In this document: positions 1 through 10,519 of the stretch, piece by piece
How the letters are laid out: each line of letters opens with the position of its first letter
Numbering within the stretch: position 1 is the stretch's first letter
Source: Centroscyllium fabricii
Lineage: Eukaryota
Length of the DNA stretch: 64,000 bases
Direction: 5' to 3'
Assembly: GCA_051313645.2 (NCBI GenBank)
Contig: JBNRSN020000003.1
Coordinates: 215,822,001-215,886,000 of the forward strand
Program-made: the position numbers and the translations under genes
Notes under the pieces: generated by a model
What the model was told of the DNA's origin: nothing
Seen by the model: the letters and a program-made list of their open reading frames with translations, nothing else
Database searches by the model: none

Positions 1-530
1 AACAGTGACCGCATATTCTATTTTCTCTTGGCTGCCAGGATTTCTTCTGTCTTCCTTTTTCCACTGCCAACTGGTGGTCACTTAGTCTGTACCTGGTGAG
101 GGTCTGTCTCTGCTTTATATTTCTGACAGTTGAGAGATAGTCTGCCGATTTTTAATCTCTTTTTAGGGCACGGTAACATTCTAATCTGCTTTGGCTTTTG
201 GTTACTTTATCCCAATGTTCCAAATATGTTTCTTTGCATTGTTTGATGATTTGGTTCACTCTAATTGGTGTTTGGAAAGCAGTGTTGATCTGAGACTGGT
301 CAAGGTTTGACTGAGTAGGGGTAGTTAGTCTCAATACCAACTGACACAGGGGACTCTTTTCTGGGTTCTGCTCTTGGGTTTGAAGGGCTTTAAACTGGAG
401 GATGTCTGGGGGACTAGATTTAAGGTGATTCCAAAAATGTAATGCTCTTTTTTGGATATTTATTATCAGTGGGTACCTGCCTAGTTCCGCCCTACATGCA
501 TTTGTTGGTGTTTTCCTTTGGGTGCGGAGG
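1..530 (-). mobile_element. Non-LTR retrotransposon ORF2 C-terminal fragment (RTE-X/L2-like), runs off the window edge
   Basis: ORF 152..553 KTPTNACRAELGRYPLIINIQKRA...W; past an in-frame stop it continues as ADYLSTVRNIKQRQTLTRYRLSDHQLAVEKGRQ...RICGHC, the start of a C-terminal zinc knuckle. Clade assignment is from memory of such motifs. Confidence 0.7.
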
Positions 531-705
531 ATGCTCACTCCACTACCATTCATAGGTACAATACCAGAAGGATTTCATTTTCTTATTAAAAGCTTTCTTA
601 AGGTTTACATTTCTTACAAAAAAGGCCTTTCTACTATCTGAATACTGAAAAGACAATGGCCTATCAATTCGGCTGTGCAGTGCCCATATTTTTGGTGCTA
701 ACTGG

Positions 706-1011
706 TGTGATGTAATAAAGACTTACCAAACTCTTAGTGAACATAAAGTGAGGCTTTATTCAACTTACAACATAGCATAAAGAGAGAGAGCTAGTTCACA
801 GTCACTAGCCTCCTAGTTCTAGAGTGTCTCTGTTTAAACTGGTGCTTAGGCCCCAGTATTTATACTCCCTGATCGGTGCCCTCAGCTGGCCGACCAGTAA
901 CTGTTCCTGGGTTGTTTGGACGTCCAACCAGTAACTCTTCCTAGGTTATTTAGGAAGTCGTGTGATATGGTGTACTAAGGCTCCAATATGGTGGGCAGGA
1001 AGCACACTCAC
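706..1011 (-). mobile_element. Possible degenerate LTR remnant
   Basis: TG start, minus-strand AATAAA (ctttatt ~753) and TATA (tttata ~859), ends in ACA followed by a pyrimidine run; no clean TSD found. Confidence 0.3.
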
Positions 1012-1542
1012 ACTTCCACCTGGAAGTTTGCCGCCTGCCATACTGGTGAAGGAAAGAAATAGACATCCAGGGCTCATGACTGAAACAGTCGTTAGACCCT
1101 TTGCATATGCAAATAAGGGGCCTAATGAGTGTTTAAGATCCCCAGCCAACACTGACTAAACTCAGTAAAACCAGACCTTGGGACTACCTGCTACCATAAA
1201 GCTAAGTTTTTCAAATTTACTTACCTGAATACAGAGTGCAGAGAAGCAAGACTGTTTCTCCCAACTCCACATTTAAAGAACGTTCAATGCCACTCCTGAA
1301 CCGTACCCCCCCAATCACCGCAGCATGAGACTCCCCCACCAGTTGCAGCCCAATCATAGTCTCCTGTTTGGCGTTTGGCTATTCACGCCATGCTGGAACC
1401 ACCGTAATGAAGCCCAATTTCCAATATCGGGGGAGTTTTGGGCATCATCATTCAGGTGCAGGGTACATAGCTCGCGCACGAATTTCTACCCCAATGTTCC
1501 ACAGTCATTATAGTGAGGCCAAATTTATATATGAACCCAACC

Positions 1543-1950
1543 ATGGCTCATTTGCTAGCACTCGTTCTCTGAGACAGAAGGTTGTGGGTTCATGCACTAC
1601 TCCAGGATTTGAGCAGAACATCTAGGCTGAAACCTCAGTGCAGTATTGAGGGAGCATTGCATTGATTTAGATTAGATGTTAAACAGAGACCCCACCTGCC
1701 TGCTCCAGTGGTTTAGCTGATGTTAAAGATCCCATGGAACTATTCAAAAAATAGCAGGGAGTTCTCCTGGACAACAGTCCTCTTTTAACCAACACCACCA
1801 AAATCAGATTAAGTGGCTATTCATCACACTGCCACTTACTGTATGAAAATGCCTGCTGCATTTGCCTACACACCAACACCCACTGCAGTTCAAAGTAAAA
1901 CCTTGTATGCAAAGTGATTTGAGATGTTTTATGAGACATGAGGAGGGGTT
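1543..1950 (+). mobile_element. tRNA-derived Deu-domain SINE (SacSINE1/AmnSINE1-like)
   Basis: tRNA-like head (ggctca...gaaggttgtgggttca) followed by Deu-core-like motifs ttagatgttaaac...gatgttaaagatcccatgg; homologous to the inverted copy at 27695-28058. Confidence 0.7.
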
Positions 1951-2739
1951 ATTGCTTTCTAACTACATAACAGGCAGATGGCAAAGCACTGATCAAGCCT
2001 ATTGCTTATATAAATATCAATAAATATAATCCAGTTACAAATAACCTATCCCCCCGCTATAATCTAAACATCAAAATAGCCATGAATAGACTACAGAGAC
2101 TCATAGTACAGTGTGGAGTCACAGGCAGCCTTTCCCCCCTCCCCATCCCTCTGGCCCATCAATTATCTCTGGGGCTCTGTTCAGAGCTCAGCCAAATACG
2201 ACATACCAGCGGTGCTGAGATGATGGACTGATACTGATGCCTTTCTTCAGCAGTGCAATGAGAGAAAACAAAAGAATGCTATTGGGAAGCAGAGCTATCT
2301 CAGCTTCCACAGAGCAAGTGCAAGAGCTTGTAGCTTTTTGGATTTTTACTTGTCTTCCCTGAACTAGATTTTGTTAAACTTGAAATATTTTTTGTCATGT
2401 TAAATGTACCATTTTTGACTCAACATTTAAGCCAGTTTACATGTAATCCAGGCTGGTGGTCAGAGTAGATTGGAATGTTAATTACTAAACAAAGAAGAAA
2501 TCATTGTGTACAAGCTCAAGTATTCCAGTCATTATGGTAGAATGGTTCCAAGGATGCAGCTAAAGAGTTGGCATCAATACTGCTTATTTATATATTTCTG
2601 CAGCTTTGAGTTAATTAGAAAACCCCATGGGAAGGGGGGAAGGGATGGGTAGTCAATACAAGGTTTCATTCATTGTGGATGACTAGTTATCGTGATTTCA
2701 CTGAACAATGATAGAATTAGAGAGAATTACCTGTAAAGT

Positions 2740-2912
2740 TAGCACAGAAACAGGCCATTTGGCCCAACTAGCCTATGCCAGTGTTTATGCTCCACACGAG
2801 CTCCTCCCACTCTTCTTCATCTAACCCTATCAGCTTAACCTTCTACTTCTTTCTACCTCTAGCTTCCCCTTAAATGCATCTATGCCAATCACCACAAATA
2901 CTCCTTGTGGTA
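2740..2912 (-). mobile_element. CR1 LINE 3' end fragment
   Basis: agcacagaaacaggccatttggccc is the reverse complement of the CR1 3'-terminal motif seen at 30280 and 62680. Confidence 0.6.
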
Positions 2913-3374
2913 TATTATTATATGAGGTAAAGGTCGATTTTCATTAAGCATCACTTCGGTGGAGCATAGAGAGGAAATTCAAGGTGGGAGTGAAGCATGC
3001 AGGTAACACTGCCCGCCTAATTTTGATTTCATTGGGCGAAAAATTCATCAGCGCACGAATTGGACGCTAAATTTGCCGATGTGCTAAAATTTAGCGCCGC
3101 TGTTATATTAGCACCGACGCGGCCGATATTGGCGCTAGCGGTGGCCTTGATGATTTTGGCACGTATTCACGGCCTTGCACGTCTTCCAGGCAGCCAATAT
3201 GCTTCCGCTAATGGCCGTTGCCGGGCGCAGCGCTCCCTCACTAACTGCTTGCTTCGCCATGGCCTCTGCAGCCAATGAGGCCTTAAAGGGGAAACAGAGC
3301 AGCAGCTGGTCTCTGTGCTCTCTGATCAGTTGCCGCTGGGGGATCACCCGACCCCCCGATCGGGGGGTGTTACA

Positions 3375-3611
3375 TGTGGTAATCTTGTAAATTCCACTGT
3401 AAATAGTTGATGGCACCTTGGTATTGTATTGTAGGCCAGGTTAGCCACACCCCTAACTCCTCCCCTCAAGTCAGAGCATATAGGTGAGGGCTGCCCTGCC
3501 CCCGCTCATTCTTCGCCTTGCACTCATCAGGAGACCAGCTCCATTGTTAGTTCATAAAAGCCTGTAGTTTAGGTAACTACTCGTCTTTGCGTTTTCATTG
3601 ACGATACGTCA
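3375..3611 (+). repeat. 5' LTR of Gypsy 1
   Basis: TGTGGT...CGTCA, direct repeat of 8168-8403. Confidence 0.95.
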
Positions 3612-3635
3612 ATTTTATTAACTAAATTTTAAAAC

Positions 3636-4610
3636 ATGGAGAGTAACGCAGTGAAACCGGATCGCCTCGACATAAATCCTCAGGCACCCGATGCTGTTAA
3701 CGACTTCAAACACTGGTTTGGCCTGGTCGAGGCCTACATGAAGGCCGTAAAGGCTATGAGTGATGAGGTCAAACTCCAGGTACTCTCATCACGGATCAGC
3801 GGCCGGGTGTACTCTTTTATCCGCGGACTCAAGATTTACGAGGAAGCGGCCAAGAAATTAAAGGACTGCTACATGAGCCCGGCCCACTCGGTCTATGCCA
3901 GGCATGTTCTGGCGACCAGCAGACAACGACTCGGTGAGTCAAATGAACAGTTTCTAGTAGCGCTCCAAGCCCTTGCACGGGCCTGTGACTGTCAGGCAAG
4001 GACAGCAGAGGAAGAGGCGAACCTCCTAATCCGAGATGCCTATGTGGCTGGACTCAGGTCCAACCAGGCCCGCCAGCAGCTGCTGGAGCAGGACACACTG
4101 TCGCTTGAGTCCGCGATAACTCTCTCTAATGCGGTGGACGGAGCGCTTCGAAAGCTGGAGGCGTACGGAGATCACGGCTCCCACTGTACCCCTGACCCCT
4201 GGGCGACACAGCGACAGGCCGAGACCCCCACGATGGCAGCGGCGACTGCGAAGACACCGGCGGGGCACAGATGCTACTTCTGCGGCCAAGGAAAGCACCC
4301 GCGGGCGCAGTGCCCCGCGAAGAATCATAGAATCATAGAATCATAGAAGATAGGAGCAGGAGTAGGCCATTCAGCCCTTCGAGCCTGCTCCGCCATTCAA
4401 TGAGATCATGGCTGATCTTTAGCAAGCTAGTACCCTGTCCCCGCCTTTTCTCCGTAACCTTTAATCCCTTTAGCTTGAAGAAATATATCCAATTCCCTCT
4501 TGAATATGTTTAATGAACTGGCCTCCACCGCCCTCTGTGGCAAGTAATTCCACAGGCCCACTGACCAGTGCCCGGTGCGCGAAGAAGGGGCACTACGCGA
4601 AAGTGTGAAA
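3636..4610 (+). pseudogene. gag: Gypsy gag (capsid plus zinc knuckles), interrupted by a CR1 3' end
   Basis: ORF 3636..4346 with LIRDAYVAGL and CYFCGQGKHPRAQCPAK; the second knuckle RCAKKGHYAKV resumes at ~4575. Confidence 0.9.
4322..4557 (-). mobile_element. 5'-truncated CR1 3' end
   Basis: Encodes LWNYLPQRAVEASSLNIFKRELDIFLQAKGIKGYGEKAGTGY, matching the C-terminus at 59054-59293; (ATTCTATG)n tail. Confidence 0.9.
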
Positions 4611-4814
4611 ATCCAACCCAGTCTCCACCTCCAGACTGAACAGCGTGGCCTGCGAGAACAGCAATGCCACTCCATGGCTCCAGGTACGGTGTTGCAGCAC
4701 GACCCAGCAGCGGTCAGCTGGGGGTAAATTGCGGGCGCCTCAATCCCCTTTAACTGTACGGCGGAGGCCGGCCGCGCGAGTGGAACAGGCGCTGCCACCT
4801 CAAACGCGGCCGCG

Positions 4815-5092
4815 ACCGGCCATGTGCGACCCCCCGGCGCCGCCATCTTGTCCACCGCGGTCGGCCGCGTGCGAACCACGGGCGCCGCCATCTTATCCAC
4901 AGCAGTCGGCCATGTGCGACCCTCCGGCGCCGACATCTTGTCCACCGCGGTCAGCCATGTGCGAACCACGGGCGCCGCCATCTTGTCCACAGCGGTCGGC
5001 CGCGTGCGAACCACGGGCGCCGCCATCTTGTACACAGCAGCCGGACAAGTGCGCATCACCAGCGCCGCCATCTTCTGAGCGGCCATCTTGCC
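4815..5092 (+). repeat. 45-bp tandem repeat (~6 units) in the gag-protease linker
   Basis: Unit gccgccatcttgtccaccgcggtcggccgcgtgcgaaccacgggc; translates as a 15-aa Pro/Cys repeat in frame with the protease. Confidence 0.9.
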
Positions 5093-5139
5093 AACTGCCC
5101 CGGCTGGGGCCCCGGATAGCGGAGGGCCCCCACTCACAC

Positions 5140-8086
5140 ACATACACTTTGGCCTCAGCCACCGTCGATCAGGCTAGGCCGCACAACTTGTCCAACTCCA
5201 TGATGTGGATTAAGGTGGACGGGCACGCCACTAGCTGCCTGTTCGACACCGGTAGCACAGAGGGCTTTATACATCCCGACACAGTGCGGCGCTACGCACT
5301 GCAGACCCAGCCCACGCACTACCAAATTTTCCTTGCCTCAAAGTCCCACACGGCGGACGTCACCGGCTACTGAAGCGTCACGCTCACGATCAGGGACCGC
5401 ATTTACCGCAACTTTAAGTTGTACGTACTCCAGCAGCTGTGCGCCCCAGTCTTACTGGGACTGGATTTCCAGTGTCACCTGAAGAGCGTGACGATGGATT
5501 TCGGTGGAACCTTGGCCCCCCTCACCGTCAGTAGCCGGGACAATCCCAACTTAACGCGGAGCTCGACTTGCGGCCTGTCCACATTAAAAGTCAACCCCCC
5601 CTCACTGTTCGCCAATCTCGACCCTAAATGCAAGCCTATTGCTATCAAAAGTCGGCGTTACAGTGCAGGGGACCGGGCGTTCATCAGGTCGGAGGTCGAC
5701 CGCATGCTGAAAGAAGGGATAATTGAGGCCAGCACCAGCCCCTGGCGGGCCCAGGGCATGGTGGTTAAGACGGGCGAGAAACTGCGCATGGTCATCGACT
5801 AAAGGCCTGTTCAGTGCCGTAATTGTCTATTGTCTATTGTCTATTGTCTACACTGTCAGACAAGGACAGCGGAGGAAGAGGCGAACCTCCTAATCCGAGA
5901 TGCTTATGTGGCTGGACTCTACCCCCTCCCCCGCATCTCGGATATGGTAAACCAGATCGCCCAGTACAAGGTCTTTTCCACAATCGACCTCAAGTCGGCG
6001 TATCACCAATTCCCCATCCGGCAATCCGACCGCCAGTACACCGCCTTCGAGGCGAACGGCAGGCTCTACCACTTCCTCAGGGTCCCCTTCGGTGTGAAGA
6101 ATGGGGTGTCGGTGTTCCAGAGGGAGATGGACCGCATGGTTGACAAGAACGGGTTGCGGCCCACCTTCCCCTACTTGGACAACGTGACCATCTGCGGCCA
6201 TGACCAGCAGGACCACGATGCCAACCTCGCCAAATTCCTGTACACGGCGAAACGGCTGAACCTAACGTACAATAAAGACAAGTGTGTCTTTAGTACAGAT
6301 CGGCTCGCTATCCTCGGATACGTGGTGGAAAACGGGGTCCTCGGCCCCGACCCACAGCGTATGCGCCCCTTGCAAGAGCTGCCCTTACCTCCCAACCCCA
6401 AAGCCCTGAGGAGATGTCTAGGGTTCTTTTCTTATTACGCGCAATGGGTCCCCAAGTAAGCGGATAAGGCCATACCTCTCCTCAAGGCCGACGTCTTCCC
6501 CCTCTCGGAAGAAGCCCAAACGGCATTCGCTCGGATCAAGTAAGACATCATCAAGGCGACCATGCACGCCGTTGATGAGTCCATTCCCTTCCAGGTGTAG
6601 AATGACTCTTCGGACTTCACCCTTGCCGCCACCCTGAACCAGGCAGGCAGGCCCGTAGCATTTTTCTCCCAGACCCTACAGGGACCCGAAACTCGCCACT
6701 CAGCGGTGGAAATGGAGGCCCAGGCCATCGTGGAGGCAGTGCGCTACTGGCGTCATTACCTGGCCGGTAAGCGTTTTACCCTGCTCACTGACCAACGGTC
6801 GGTGGCGTTTATGTTTAATAATAAAAAAAAGGGTAAGATCAAGAATGATAAGATCCTTCAGTGGCGGATCGAACTCTCGACTTACGAGTACGACATTCTT
6901 TACCGCCCAGACAAGCTCAACGAACCCCCGGATGCACTGTCCAGGGGAACGTGTGCCAGAACCCAGCTTGACCGGCTGAAGGCCCTCCACGATCGCCTCT
7001 GACCACTCGGGTGTCACCAGACTCGCCCACTTCGTCAAATCCAGTAGCCTCCCCTACTCCATCATGGAGATAAAGGCTATGACCAAAGAGTGACCTGTCT
7101 GTGCCGAGTGCAAACCCCAATTCTACAGGCCAGACACGGCGCACGTCATCAAGGCCACCCGCCCCTTTGAATGCCTGAGCGTGGACTTCAAAGGCCCACT
7201 CCCCTCCACTGACCGCAACTCGTATTTCCTTACGGTCATAGACGAGTTCTCACGCTTCCCCTTTGCCTTCCCCTGCCCAGACATGACGAGCACAACGGTG
7301 ATCAAACACTTCACCACGCTGTTCGCCATTTTCGGTCTCCCCAGCTACATCCATAGCGACCAGGGGTCGTCGTTCATGAGCGACGAACTGCGTCAGTTCC
7401 TGCTTCAGAATGGGGTTGCATCAAGCAGAACGACCAGTTACAACCCCCGGGGGAACGGCCAGGTCGAAAGGGAGAACGGGACCATATGGAAGGCGGTCAA
7501 CCTGGGCCTGAAGTCCAGAGGCCTTCCAGTTTCCCGTTGGCAGGAGGTCCTCCCAGAAGCGCTCCATGCCATCCGCTCTCTGCTGTGTACCGCCACTAAC
7601 CCCACACCTCATGACCTGTTGTTTTCCTTCCCCAGGAAGTCGACTTCAGGGACAGCACTCCCGCTGTGGCTCACAGCGCAGGGGCCAGTGTTGCTTAGGA
7701 AGCACGTCCGCGGCCACAAGACCGATTCCCTGGTGGAATGGGTGCGCCTGCTCCATGCCAACCCACAATATGCTTACGTGGCATTCCAGGACGGGCGCGA
7801 GGATACAGTCTCGATCAGGGACCTGGCGCCCACCGGGAGCACTTGGGCAGAACCCCCGGTCGAGCCTCAGCCCGACCAGCCACCACCCACCGAATACTGG
7901 CCCCCATATATATACACACCGGGGCCCTCAACACCACCGATCGACGACCCGGGATCGGACACCGCACCACTGGCACCATTGGCGGAGATCTCGATCCCGG
8001 CCCTGCAACCGGCACCAGCATTGCCGGCACCCCGGCAGTCCCCCAGGCAGATGCGACCGCCGGAGAGACTAATAACGCAATGCTAA
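5140..8086 (+). pseudogene. pol: Gypsy pol (protease, RT, RNase H, integrase) with several stops and frameshifts
   Basis: CLFDTGS protease; YPLPRI, DLKSAYHQ, PFG, YLDN in RT; EMEAQAIV, LTDQ in RNase H; DFKGP, HSDQGSSF, NGQVER in integrase. Confidence 0.95.
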
Positions 8087-8167
8087 TTGCTAATGGACAT
8101 ATAGAGATTTTTTTTTCACCAGAAGGCACGTTCACCCCGCCGGACTTGTTTTTAAAGAAGGGGTGAA

Positions 8168-8403
8168 TATGGTAATCATGTAAATACCACTGTAAATAGG
8201 TGATGGCACCTTGGTATTGTATTGTAGGCCAGGTCAGCCACACCCCTAACTCCTCCCCTCAGGTCGGAGCATATAGCTGAGGGCTGCCTTGCCCCTGCTC
8301 ACTCTCGCCTTGAACTCATCAGGAGACCAGCTCCATTGTTAGTTAATAAAAGCCTGTAGTTTAGGTAACTACTCGTCTTTGCATTTTAATTGAGGATACG
8401 TCA
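8168..8403 (+). repeat. 3' LTR of Gypsy 1
   Basis: Direct repeat of 3375-3611, AATAAA at 8345. Confidence 0.95.
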
Positions 8404-9304
8404 TTACACTGGAAAGCTCAGGGGGCTCTGACTTCCTGAAGATAAATTCTGGAAGAATGAAAACGGAGCACAGCGTGATTCCTGACAGAAGACCGCAGAT
8501 TCGGGGGCCGGCTCTCTGATCAGTTCCCAATTGGTGGGTCGCGGTGACCCCCTCTAGGTGGGTCATGGTGACCCACCTAGAGGGGGTCGCCGCGACCCAC
8601 CGATCAGGAACTGGTCATAGAGCCGGCCCCCGAATCTGCGGTCTTCTGTCAGGAATCACGCTGTGTTCCGTTTTAATTCTTCCAGAATTTATCTTCAGGA
8701 AGTCAGAGCCCCCTCAGCTTTCCAGTGTAACACCCCCCGATTGGGGGGTCGGGTGATCCCCCAGCAGCAATTGATCAGAGAGCCGGTCCCCCTCCCCGCT
8801 CTCTCATCAATTGGCCTCTCAGGCTGACTCCCCCCATCAGCTGGCCACGCTCGGACCGAAGAGGGAGGGTGGCCCTTTTAGCAGCGCTGCAGCGGCCACT
8901 CAAACTCACTGCAGCGCTTGCAAAAGCTGGCGCTGATAGCGCAGGGGACGGTGGAAAGGCGCTAAGCACAATATCGGGCGTAACCCACCGGCGGGCATTG
9001 CACACGCATTGATATGACGATTGTTGATCGGCAGGCAGCACAGCGCTGACGTTTACCCCTAGTCCAATTTAGCGCCCGGTGCTAATTTGGGCGCTACGTC
9101 TGCGCTGCCCCATTAGCGCCGTTTTTTGGCGCTAATGGGCCGGCGCTAAGGCGCCAATTTTTCGCCCATTTAAATTAATTGCAGAAAAATCAGGGGTGCT
9201 CTCTAATGGGCATGAGATCCTTCCTGGCCAATATATGAAATAATTTATGAATTATTTCTGAAACTGGTGCCAAAATCAAGCGATGTGTGATTTAAAAAAA
9301 AAAA

Positions 9305-9775
9305 AAAATTATTCATTGATGGGATGTGGACGTCGCTGGCTGGCTAGACCTGCATTTAGTGCCCATCCCTAATTGCCCTTGAGAAGACGGTGGTGAGCCA
9401 CCTTCTTGAACTGCTCCAGTCTTATTGTTTCTCGTAGTGGTTGTTTACAACTGAATGGCTTGCTAGGCCATTTCAGACGGCATTAAGAGTCGACCACATT
9501 GCTGTGGGTCTGGAGTCACATGTCGGCCAGACCAGATAAGGACGGCAGATTTCCTTCCCTAAAGGACATTAGTGAACCAGATGGGTTTTTGCAACAATCG
9601 ACAATGGTATCATGGTCGCCATTACTAAGACTAACATTTAATTCCAGAGTTAAATTGAATTGAATTTAAATTCCACCAGCTGCCATGGTGGGATTTGAAG
9701 CCATATCCTCAGAGCATTTGATTGAGCCTCTGGCTTACTAGTCTAGTGACATAACCACTACGCCACCGCCTCCCC
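9305..9775 (-). mobile_element. tRNA-derived SINE with a LINE-type tail
   Basis: Minus strand begins gggaggcggtggcgtagtgg (box A) ... ttcaaatccc (box B-like) and ends ggcaattagggatgggc...aatgaataa. Confidence 0.7.
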
Positions 9776-9804
9776 AAGCATTTCCACATTGGGGATTAAA
9801 TGTC

Positions 9805-10023
9805 TGTACATAGTTAAACATGTAAAATCCCCTTTAACTGGCAGCTCCTCTCCCTTTAAGAGAGAGGGAAAACAGTGGTCACATGACCAAGCCGTGACAT
9901 TGTAACGCGTTTCGCGGTCTTTTTAATTCATTCTGTTTGTCGGAGTTGAGTTGTAAAGACCTGTATTGAGTTAACCTCTTGATTTTGGCTGATTATTTTG
10001 CTGGGAGACTGTAGTCTCCCACA
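9805..10023 (+). mobile_element. Solo LTR
   Basis: TGT...ACA termini flanked by 5-bp TSD ATGTC. Confidence 0.75.
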
Positions 10024-10519
10024 ATGTCACATTTTAAAATGTTTACTATTGCTCCAATATTTTAGACCAGTTATAATTATTCATCTTTACAGGATGTAAA
10101 GTTTGGCTGCTATATACCAGTGGCTCTTCTGTAGAGATGAGAAGGAAGTTCCATGTTAATGCGTGAGGCAGTCACTGGCTGGGGACGAAGACTGGTCCTA
10201 AGTGAGCCAGAAGGTTCTTGTGGGGCCAGGATGTGCATTCTTGCTTACCTGTTTCTCGACCTTAAGCAGTATGAAGGACACACCACAAGCGTTATTTAAA
10301 GGGATCATCAACTACATACAAGCTAGTTACTGATTGATTTATTTTGGTTGGTGCTACAATTCTACACTTTTTGGTGTTTTCAATTGTTGCTTCAAGTTTC
10401 AAAAGTTTGCAGGGAGTAGTGTGGCAGGTGCTGAAGCTCTTTTTTTCTGATTTCAAGGCTTCTGGACAAATCAGTTGCTCTCAGACAAGTAGGCCTTTCT
10501 CTTGGAATCGAGTATGGCT

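Larger units (their letters stand above)
3375..8403 (+). mobile_element. Ty3/Gypsy LTR retrotransposon 1, near full length, decayed, no tRNA PBS
   Basis: LTRs 3375-3611 and 8168-8403, TSD TTACA, PPT aaagaaggggtgaa before the 3' LTR, gag-PR-RT-RH-IN order. Confidence 0.95.
3034..9167. mobile_element. PIF/Harbinger-type MITE family A (foldback core), split by the Gypsy insertion 3375-8403
   Basis: TIR GGGCGAAAAATT (3034) / AATTTTTCGCCC (9167), 3-bp TSD ATT; homologous to 28240-28851 and 29453-30268. Confidence 0.85.

Noticed and set aside
4427-5143. 238-aa minus-strand repeat protein and similar antisense ORFs throughout
   Set aside because: By-products of GC-rich repeats, palindromes and TE antisense strands; this one fuses a minisatellite to a CR1 C-terminus
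8570-8595. CTCF-like motif ccacctagagggggtc (also in the 24-bp repeats at 28321)
   Set aside because: Spacing and the GGC core do not fit the CTCF consensus; a PWM scan would be needed
10093-10165. Possible host exon (tctttacag...gtgagg)
   Set aside because: No recognisable product; it probably lies in the Harbinger upstream region
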